Source: Candidatus Micrarchaeia archaeon
GTDB lineage: Archaea; Micrarchaeota; Micrarchaeia; Burarchaeales; JAVZCV01
DNA length: 35,276 nucleotides
Assembly (NCBI GenBank): GCA_038874215.1
Contig: JAVZCV010000012.1
Location: 1-35,276 of the forward strand
Direction: 5' to 3'
The notes beneath the pieces were generated by a model, which did not search any database, was not told the origin of the DNA, and worked only from the letters and a program-made list of their open reading frames with translations. Of this stretch, positions 28,405 to 35,276 are shown in pieces; position 1 is the first letter of the stretch; every line of letters starts with the position of its first letter. Made by a program: the position numbers and the translations under genes.

Positions 28405-28493
28405 TTAAAAACGATACTAATACGATGCCTTTTAATTGTTTGTTGGCCCTAAATTTAATGCTGGTGGTTTTTTTGATATCCGGCGAGGAAGTA

Positions 28494-28955
28494 ATGGACA
28501 AGATAACTTCTATTTTTTCTAAGAAAGAGAAAAAAAGGCGAGATAGGTCAATCGCCTTTTTTGTTGACGGGCCGAACATTATACGCAAAGAAATGAACGT
28601 AGACCTTGCCGATGTAAGGAAAAAAGTTGCAGAGTACGGCGATATAAAAGTGTGTAAGGTTTTTCTTGATCAATACGCTTCTGAGAAATTGATAGAAGCG
28701 ATGGTAAACCAGGGGTATACACCCGTTATAACAACAGGAGATGTTGATGTTATGATGGCTGTTGAGGCGACAGAGCAGATATTCAACCCAAAAATAGATA
28801 CCATAGCGATCATGACACGCGATATAGATTTCAGGCCCGTTCTCGTGAAGGCAAAGGAAATGGGGAAGGAAACCATACTTGTTGGTGTTGAGCAGGGATT
28901 TAGCGCCGCATTAAAGAACACTGCCGACATTTTAATAATAGCGAAGACACGATAG
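28494..28955 (+). CDS. NYN-domain protein (TIGR00288-like)
   Basis: FVDGPN, GDVDV, TRDIDFRP, GFSAALKNTAD; start at ATG 28494 or TTG 28473. Confidence 0.88.
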   Translation: MDKITSIFSKKEKKRRDRSIAFFVDGPNIIRKEMNVDLADVRKKVAEYGDIKVCKVFLDQYASEKLIEAMVNQGYTPVITTGDVDVMMAVEATEQIFNPKIDTIAIMTRDIDFRPVLVKAKEMGKETILVGVEQGFSAALKNTADILIIAKTR

Positions 28956-28998
28956 TGTTTTTAAACTTCCCATTTAATATTCCGATGTGGTGGCTTGA

Positions 28999-29220
<222 letters not shown>

Positions 29221-29234
29221 AACGCAAAATAAAG

Positions 29235-29406
29235 TGGGCCCGCGGAGGTTTCCGCATTTTTGGAACCAACCGCATCGAACTCCGAATCTTCACCGCTCCA
29301 AGCCTTTTGGCAATCAGCCAAAAAGCCTGTCAGGGTGACGTCTTACCATTGCCGAACACAATTCTTTCTTGAGTTCCAAGAAAGAAAGTTCTTCGACTAC
29401 GGGCCC
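29235..29406 (-). tRNA. tRNA-Val(GAC) containing three BHB introns (15/16, 37/38, 59/60)
   Basis: Exons 29406-29392, 29348-29328, 29295-29274 and 29248-29235 join to a 72-nt cloverleaf GGGCCCG TA GTCG AATGGTA AGAC G TCACC CTGACAC GGTGA AGATT CGGAG TTCGATC CTCCG CGGGCCC A. Introns are 43, 32 and 25 nt, each with a 4-bp central helix and 3-nt bulges. Confidence 0.9.
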
Positions 29407-29428
29407 ATTCAGTTTACAACCTAACTGC

Positions 29429-30121
29429 CTATTTTGGTATTATCAGGGCAGCGAGCAGCAAAACCAACACAATTGCAGGGATAGGGCAGCAGCAAAGACC
29501 CCCCCCAGACTCCTTTTCATACACTTCCTTCAACGACCTTTTTAGATCCTGTGCATTTGAAGCGTTATAATATTTACCGCCAGTCACATTTGCAACTTGC
29601 CTGAGCTGATTCTCTGCATTTGAACCGGGGGATACATCATAGCCTATAGTGTGTATAACGCTTACCCCTCTGCTCTTCGCATACTCTGCGGCCTTTGCTG
29701 GCGCGCTGCTTGAATCGCACGTTTCTTCACCATCCGAGAGCAGTATTATAACCTTCTTGCTGTAATGGGCATTTGAAACTGCATAGTCAGTCGCGTTTCT
29801 TATCGCGCGCGCAATCGGCGTACTGCTGTCTGGCTCAACACTCTGAACGGCAGATTTCAAAGATTCAAAATCTGTGGTGAATTCGCTTACGATTCTTATA
29901 TCATTGCAATCGTAGAAAACGATGAGCGCTACCTCATCGCTTGTACTAACAGAATCAAGGAACTCTACCGCAGCAGATTTTGCTGCATCTATCTTTCTTT
30001 CGCCTGTATCAAGCTCCTCCTCCATACTTCCGCTCGCATCCAACAGCAGAACATACGATGTTCCCGCCACCGTAGTGGCACATAAAAACAACAGAAACAA
30101 GAAAACCAATCCATTCTTCAT
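29429..30121 (-). CDS. Secreted, membrane-anchored vWA-domain protein
   Basis: Signal peptide, MIDAS DASGSM, STPIA, LLSDGEETC; C-terminal GGGLCCCP plus TM helix. Confidence 0.88.
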   Translation of the reverse strand: MKNGLVFLFLLFLCATTVAGTSYVLLLDASGSMEEELDTGERKIDAAKSAAVEFLDSVSTSDEVALIVFYDCNDIRIVSEFTTDFESLKSAVQSVEPDSSTPIARAIRNATDYAVSNAHYSKKVIILLSDGEETCDSSSAPAKAAEYAKSRGVSVIHTIGYDVSPGSNAENQLRQVANVTGGKYYNASNAQDLKRSLKEVYEKESGGGLCCCPIPAIVLVLLLAALIIPK

Positions 30122-30185
30122 TTAAACCACCGTGCTAATATCCATATAAAGTTTTAAATACTCTCCTCCTTACCTTCTCAAAAAG

Positions 30186-30257
30186 TGGACCGAGCGGGAT
30201 TCGAACCCGCGGCCTCCTCGACGCCAACGAGGCACGCTACCACTGCGCCATCGGCCC
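30186..30257 (-). tRNA. tRNA-Ala(GGC), intronless
   Basis: GGGCCGA TG GCGC AGTGGTA GCGT G CCTCG TTGGCGT CGAGG AGGCC GCGGG TTCGAAT CCCGC TCGGTCC A; G3:U70 alanine identity pair; no encoded CCA. Confidence 0.95.
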
Positions 30258-30326
30258 AGAAAAAAGCGATATTCTATTTTACGCTACATTTATATTGGTT
30301 ATGCGCGCAATCACTCTTGTGAGTTA

Positions 30327-30791
30327 ATGGCAATGAACCTCAAATTGTACAAGCGTCCTCTTGCAGTTCTGACCATTACTGGCGAGAATGTTCGGATAAC
30401 ACCAGGAATTCTCGCCAAATTCTCAACCGCACTCGCTGAGAAAATGATAAACATATACAATGTTTCAATAGGGGAATACTCCATGAGCTTTTTTGTTGAT
30501 GAGGATGATACCGAAAAAGCGAAAAAAACCCTCTATGATGTCGTAACCAAAAGCCCTTCATTCAGCTCGCTTACATCACGTGGCAGCATAGGTATGCTGA
30601 GCATAAGCAGCGCAGAATTTGTTGATACCCCCGGGGTTATAAACAGCTTAACAGAGCCTCTCGCAAAAAACAAAATAAACATAATCGCACTGTCATCCAG
30701 TTTTGACTCAATACTCATCTTTGTGGACTGGAAGGATGCACGGCAAGCATACGAAGCACTCCACGTTGCAATTCTGCAGGGTTTAATCTAA
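30327..30791 (+). CDS. Stand-alone tandem ACT-domain protein (aspartokinase regulatory-domain-like)
   Basis: Two repeats TPGILAKF..AL....INI and TPGVINSL..PL....INI, each followed by S.S...FV. Confidence 0.8.
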   Translation: MAMNLKLYKRPLAVLTITGENVRITPGILAKFSTALAEKMINIYNVSIGEYSMSFFVDEDDTEKAKKTLYDVVTKSPSFSSLTSRGSIGMLSISSAEFVDTPGVINSLTEPLAKNKINIIALSSSFDSILIFVDWKDARQAYEALHVAILQGLI

Positions 30792-30819
30792 TTCTGAACT
30801 ATTCTACCCAACACTATGC

Positions 30820-30984
30820 TTACGCTCTCACAATGTTGGCCTTACTTCCCTCCCCACCGCCTTTTTTCATCTCCTTATATATCCTCATAATAACACAGTC
30901 CCCTTCAACATACCACATGCACAGAGGCATGCATGGGTTGGGCTCTTCAGCAGTACTCAGGAGAGGGCAGAATTTACTCGTCAT
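30820..30984 (-). CDS. Small Cys-rich hypothetical protein (54 aa), not in the ORF track
   Basis: MTSKFCPLLSTAEEPNPCMPLCMWYVEGDCVIMRIYKEMKKGGGEGSKANIVRA; GGTGA SD 4 nt before the ATG; fills an otherwise empty gap. Confidence 0.6.
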   Translation of the reverse strand: MTSKFCPLLSTAEEPNPCMPLCMWYVEGDCVIMRIYKEMKKGGGEGSKANIVRA

Positions 30985-31089
30985 GCCATCACCATGAAAG
31001 CTAATCTATTCCTCCCCTTTTTACATCTTTCTACTTTTACTTATATATGGGTAGTTACCTTTTAATATGTTATAGGATAAATTTTGCCT

Positions 31090-31551
31090 ATGGCCATTAG
31101 AATAGGCGTTGTTGATACAACGTTTGCAAAAGTAGACATGGGTGCGGTTGCCGTTTCCGAGCTCAGAAAAAACGGAGTAAAGTTTGAACGTGCCACTGTT
31201 CCGGGAATAAAGGATCTGCCCGTTGAATGTAAGATGCTCCTTGAGAATGGTTGTGACGTATGCATAGCGCTCGGGATGCCAGGGAAAAAAGAGATAGACA
31301 AACAATGTGCCCACGAGGCCTCTCTTGGTATAATTATGGCGCAACTTCTAACAAATAAGCACATAGTTGAAGTATTTGTTCATGAAGACGAGGCAGAAAA
31401 CGAAGAAGAGCTGTACCGGATATGCGCTGACCGTGTGAGGAAGCATGTGCAAAACGCCCTGCTCCTAGCACAAGACAAAAAAAATCTCATAAGGATGGCT
31501 GGAATGGGCCTGCGCCAAGGCTCGGAGCATGTGGGACCTATAAGGAGGTGA
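31090..31551 (+). CDS. ribC: Archaeal-type riboflavin synthase
   Basis: [45 protein letters not shown]. Confidence 0.93.
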   Translation: MAIRIGVVDTTFAKVDMGAVAVSELRKNGVKFERATVPGIKDLPVECKMLLENGCDVCIALGMPGKKEIDKQCAHEASLGIIMAQLLTNKHIVEVFVHEDEAENEEELYRICADRVRKHVQNALLLAQDKKNLIRMAGMGLRQGSEHVGPIRR

Positions 31552-31555
31552 GCAT

Positions 31556-31996
31556 ATGGTTAGATTGGGTTTTGTGGTCTCTGAATTTAACTATGACATA
31601 ACCAGCCTGATGCTTTCAAGGGCAAAAAGCCACGCCGATTTCCTCGGTGCTACTGTTGTGTGTACCTTCTGGGTGCCAGGCGCGTTTGATGCACCTCTTG
31701 CAGTCCAGAGCCTTCTTGAAAGAGACGACATAGATGCGGTTGTCATGCTCGGCGCAGTGATAGAAGGGGAGACAGAGCATGATGAGGTTGTGATGCAGCA
31801 TGCGGCACGCAAGGCCATGGACCTCTCAATACAGTACAAGAAGCCAGTTTCTCTCGGAATATCGGGGCCTGGCATGTCAAGATTGCAGGGACAGGAGAGG
31901 ATAGACAGCTACGCAAAACGCTCTGTTGAGGCGGCCGTTAAGCTCGTAAGGCGCATAAAACTTGCAAAGGCATCAAAAGAGAAAGAAATAGCATAA
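31556..31996 (+). CDS. ribH: 6,7-dimethyl-8-ribityllumazine synthase
   Basis: [36 protein letters not shown]. Confidence 0.94.
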   Translation: MVRLGFVVSEFNYDITSLMLSRAKSHADFLGATVVCTFWVPGAFDAPLAVQSLLERDDIDAVVMLGAVIEGETEHDEVVMQHAARKAMDLSIQYKKPVSLGISGPGMSRLQGQERIDSYAKRSVEAAVKLVRRIKLAKASKEKEIA

Positions 31997-32476
31997 CTAT
32001 AGCTTATACCCTATCTTCCTCAGGAATTCTTTACGTGCCTTCGCGTCTTCGTTCCCCTCAACCCCCTTCGGCATGCTCCCATCTATAACCCCCAGTATCC
32101 CGCATCCTCGTTCATTCTCTGCGACAATAACGTCCGTTTCATTTGCAGTAGCACAGAAAACCTCACAGACCTCTTGGATATTTTTCACTGCGTTCAGCAT
32201 GCTTATCGGGTAGGCTTCCTTCATAATTATTATGAAAGTATGACCTGCCTTGAGTTTTTCAAGATTCCTTGCTGCCAATTTCTTTAACGATTCGTCGTTT
32301 CCTTCAACTCTTATGAGGCATTTTCCCGACGCTTCCGAGAAAGCAATTCCGAACTTTGCATTTGGGCACGATGTTATAACTGCCTCATACAAATCCTCAA
32401 CGGTTTTTATGAAGTGCGCATGCCCGAGTATGAAATTGTTCCCCTCATTCTCTATCTTCACCGTCTTTATCTCCAT
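31997..32476 (-). CDS. Adenosine-specific kinase family (DUF355)
   Basis: GHAHFIKTVEDL, FGIAFSEASG, GHTF, FCATAN, GVIDG, RKIGYKL. Confidence 0.88.
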   Translation of the reverse strand: MEIKTVKIENEGNNFILGHAHFIKTVEDLYEAVITSCPNAKFGIAFSEASGKCLIRVEGNDESLKKLAARNLEKLKAGHTFIIIMKEAYPISMLNAVKNIQEVCEVFCATANETDVIVAENERGCGILGVIDGSMPKGVEGNEDAKARKEFLRKIGYKL

Positions 32477-32484
32477 ATAATCCC

Positions 32485-33783
32485 CTATGGAGTCAGCCTC
32501 GTTCTATCTCGTGGGAACATCGCAACTTCACGTATATTCTTAACACCGCATATCATCATCGCTATTCTTTCAAGCCCTATGCTCCATCCCGCATGCGGAG
32601 GCGCACCCATCCTAAAAGTTCTGACATAAAATTCAAAATTCTCGGGGTCAAGGCCACGCGCCAAAAGCTGCTCAACAAGAAGTTCGGGTATGTGTATCCG
32701 TTGTGCTCCAGATGCTATTTCCACCCCCCTGTACATCATATCAAAAGCATTGCAAACCTTTTTGTTCCCATCCTTTGGCATAGAATAAAATGCCCGCACG
32801 TTTGTTGGCCACTCCGTTATGAGATATGCCTCCTCTCCTAAAATCTCCTGTAGCTTTCTCTCATGCTCTCTTGTGAAATCCTCGCCCCATGCCATCTCAT
32901 AACCGTGCTTATTAAGCAATTCAACGAGTTCTGTATAAGTATGCCTCTTTATCTCTTCAGGGACCGTTATCTTCATGTTTATAGCATCAAGGTCATCGCT
33001 GCATCTCTCCTTTACGCATTTCAGTATATGTATGAGAACTGCCGAAAGCACGTCCATAACATCGTTGTGGTCAGCAAACCCCATCTCAATATCCATCTGC
33101 AGAACCTCGTTTAGATGCGTTGTGGTGTTGTGCTTTTCTGCCCTAAAGGCTGGAATCGTCATAAAAACCTTGTCCATCCCTCCAACGACTGCCATCTGTT
33201 TGTACAACTGCGGGGACTGGGCCAAGAAAGCTTCTCTCTCAAAATAAACTACTGGAAAAAGGTTTGACCCGCCCTCTGTTGCAGCCGCAACGATGCATGG
33301 CGGAACAATCTCCTGAAAACCAAGAGAGATGAGCTTTTCCCTAAATGCCCTAAGGATTTCGCTCTTTATCCTAAAAATTGCCTGCGTTTCTATTCTCCTA
33401 AGGTCTATGTGTCTGTTGTCAAGCCTTACATCCAAATCCGCAGGGACTTTGCCAGTAACCTCAAATGGTATTCTCTCTGTAACGCGCCCCAATACATTTA
33501 TCTCGTTCGGTATCAGCTCCCTGCCTCCCATCGCCTGCTTTTCCGCAACCACTCTCCCCTTTACTTGTATGACTGTCTCCTTCACAAAGTCTATTTTATT
33601 GAGTATTTCCTCACTCACTACTCCTGCTTTGGCCGTTATCTGTAAAAGCCCCGTCCTATCCCTCAGAATTATGAACTTCAGTTTTCCCATGTCCCTTATT
33701 TCGTGAACCCAGCCCGCAACTGTTATCTCACCTTTAGTCTCGGGCGTAACCTCTTTGGCGTAGTGGGTTCGCATCACCATCAA
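32485..33783 (-). CDS. aspS: Aspartate--tRNA ligase, archaeal type (probably non-discriminating)
   Basis: MRTHY, GWVHEIRD, LAQSPQLYKQ, FRAE, SGAQR, PPHAGWSIGLER, FPRDRTRLTP. Confidence 0.96.
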   Translation of the reverse strand: MMVMRTHYAKEVTPETKGEITVAGWVHEIRDMGKLKFIILRDRTGLLQITAKAGVVSEEILNKIDFVKETVIQVKGRVVAEKQAMGGRELIPNEINVLGRVTERIPFEVTGKVPADLDVRLDNRHIDLRRIETQAIFRIKSEILRAFREKLISLGFQEIVPPCIVAAATEGGSNLFPVVYFEREAFLAQSPQLYKQMAVVGGMDKVFMTIPAFRAEKHNTTTHLNEVLQMDIEMGFADHNDVMDVLSAVLIHILKCVKERCSDDLDAINMKITVPEEIKRHTYTELVELLNKHGYEMAWGEDFTREHERKLQEILGEEAYLITEWPTNVRAFYSMPKDGNKKVCNAFDMMYRGVEIASGAQRIHIPELLVEQLLARGLDPENFEFYVRTFRMGAPPHAGWSIGLERIAMMICGVKNIREVAMFPRDRTRLTP

Positions 33784-33788
33784 AAAAC

Positions 33789-34289
33789 CTACTCAAAAGT
33801 TATCGCAACCGTTGATTCCATCACTGAATTAAGCGCTTTCTCAAGCGTGTTTATATCAACGGGCAGCTGCCTTATCTCGCTTTTCAATAGCCTTACCTTG
33901 TAAACTTTCTCGCCATCTTTTTTGTACAGCACATTTATACCGACAAGCTTGACGGGCACAACCATATCCGAAATCGTTTTTCGCATATCGCCGCTAACCT
34001 CTGCTATCCTAACTTTCTTCCCAAGCTTATTTGAAAGTTCTGCAACTACTTTCCCATCTTTGCCTATCAGGAGGCCGACATCCCCTTTGGTAAGAATGAG
34101 AACTACCCTTCCCAAGTCTACAACTTTTGTGACATCGGCGTTCTGGAGATTGAACTTATCGCTGAGTTTCGTTAATATCTTGCTAACCTCAACATCAAGC
34201 TCTGATATCTTTCCTGCTTTAAGCTTGTTCTCGCACCCTGAACAAAGCACCCCTGTCTTCGCGCATAGCTCACAGATCGGGATCTTCAT
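33789..34289 (-). CDS. NusA-like KH-domain protein with N-terminal Zn finger
   Basis: PICELCAKTGVLCSGC, KH motif LIGKDG, LGKKVRI. Confidence 0.8.
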   Translation of the reverse strand: MKIPICELCAKTGVLCSGCENKLKAGKISELDVEVSKILTKLSDKFNLQNADVTKVVDLGRVVLILTKGDVGLLIGKDGKVVAELSNKLGKKVRIAEVSGDMRKTISDMVVPVKLVGINVLYKKDGEKVYKVRLLKSEIRQLPVDINTLEKALNSVMESTVAITFE

Positions 34290-34293
34290 AAAC

Positions 34294-34581
34294 TCACTTG
34301 GACAAAAGTATTTCTATCGCAGATACCTTTGATTTGCTGCCATCCTCGGAAGCAAGCTCTTCAGTCATTATTTTTATGTCTTTGATTTTCAGGTCTGGCA
34401 TAAACCTGTTCCTGACTATCTCTGCAACATCCACCGCTCTTGATATTACTTTTCCTCTCGCCTTTACGCTTACCTCCTGTGCGCCATCGTTAAACTGGGT
34501 CACAACGGCCAGCACATAGCTCATAACTCCTTTCTTCCCGACATAAACGACGTTCTCGTCTCTTGGTTTTGTTTCTGCCAT
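34294..34581 (-). CDS. albA: DNA/RNA-binding protein Alba
   Basis: [34 protein letters not shown] 34581 after GGAGGTGA. Confidence 0.95.
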   Translation of the reverse strand: MAETKPRDENVVYVGKKGVMSYVLAVVTQFNDGAQEVSVKARGKVISRAVDVAEIVRNRFMPDLKIKDIKIMTEELASEDGSKSKVSAIEILLSK

Positions 34582-34616
34582 CTCATTCACCTCCTTCATA
34601 AATCACTCTAAAATGC

Positions 34617-35276
34617 TCATGCTTTTTTTACCCTTCTCTTTTCCTTGTATTCCCTTACAATCTCCTCTATTATTTTGCTACTCAATCCTTTTAAAACATG
34701 CCCTTGCGGTTTCCCCCCATTTTGCGGGCTATATCCCCTTTTTATCTCTTGAATCGTCTTTTTAAGCCTTGCTATCTCACGCTCTCTACGTCTTATCTCC
34801 CTGCTCATCATCACACCTTCCCATACACCCCGCTTAACTCTATCAAGCTCTCTCCTTAGCACATCGTTTTCCCTCATTAGCTCCTCCACTCTTTTTCTCA
34901 ACTCGGTGTTAGCGATAACCAGATTCCTGAGCTTCCTATAGTACTCATCCTCTCTTCTCCCCTCTCTTCCGCTACCTATCCGCACGGGCTTATACGCAAC
35001 AACGGGCTTCTTTTCCAGAAGAAGTAGCGCATTTTTAACTGAGCAGCCATTCAAGACAAGATGCTTTATCTCTTCAATCTCCCCCGCCGCATTGTTTTCT
35101 CTTGCAACTCTCTCTATCAATCTAAGTTTATTCTCAAAACTCCTGTATGCCTTCACAGCGGATGCGATTGCATCCATCTCGTGTAGGTTTGAGTATCGCC
35201 CCTCCCACTCGCACGCAAGCTCTCTCTTCTCCTTGTAGCGGAGGTCGCGGGGCGGAGTATATAAGCGGGAATTGAA
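34617..35276 (-). CDS. DUF460-like coiled-coil protein, 5'-truncated by the window
   Basis: Frame open to the window end: ..LYTPPRDL..KEK....NLHEMDAIASAVKAY.. followed by a long coiled coil. Confidence 0.7.
   Translation of the reverse strand, partial: FNSRLYTPPRDLRYKEKRELACEWEGRYSNLHEMDAIASAVKAYRSFENKLRLIERVARENNAAGEIEEIKHLVLNGCSVKNALLLLEKKPVVAYKPVRIGSGREGRREDEYYRKLRNLVIANTELRKRVEELMRENDVLRRELDRVKRGVWEGVMMSREIRRREREIARLKKTIQEIKRGYSPQNGGKPQGHVLKGLSSKIIEEIVREYKEKRRVKKA

Noticed and set aside
28350-28493. Long N-terminal extension of the NYN protein
   Set aside because: Overlaps the promoter and the minus-strand remnant; downstream starts give a typical length.
29296-29391. Strong hairpins as terminators or MITE ends
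   Set aside because: They are the intron stems of the tRNA-Val gene.

Overview
Gene-dense archaeal chromosomal window. The archaeal assignment rests on aIF-5A, rps24e/rps27ae, Rpo7/Spt4, Orc1/Cdc6, Alba, SmAP, archaeal RibC, GGTGA/GAGGTG-type ribosome-binding sites and BHB-type tRNA introns. The lineage cannot be proven from sequence alone; SepF plus multi-intron tRNA would fit a DPANN/Micrarchaeota-like organism (inference). From 1 to about 8 kb: a truncated glycogen-debranching enzyme and a surface-glycosylation cluster (two GT-C-like membrane proteins, a GT2, a GT4 interrupted at an A10 run, a B12 radical SAM enzyme). The remainder is mostly housekeeping: translation, KEOPS, TyrRS, AspRS, PIN-hppA-rpo7-spt4-ppdK, a TrmB regulator, eS26, hom, cdc6, sepF, trmJ, PINA, NYN, Sm, ribC/ribH and alba. 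Features missing from the ORF track and read directly from sequence: a tRNA-Val(GAC) with THREE BHB introns (15/16, 37/38, 59/60), tRNA-Ala(GGC), rps27ae, rpl41e, a 54-aa Cys-rich ORF, a probable malic-enzyme C-terminal remnant, and twin TACTA-N8-TAGTA palindromes upstream of the TrmB gene. No CRISPR array, transposase or rRNA was seen.
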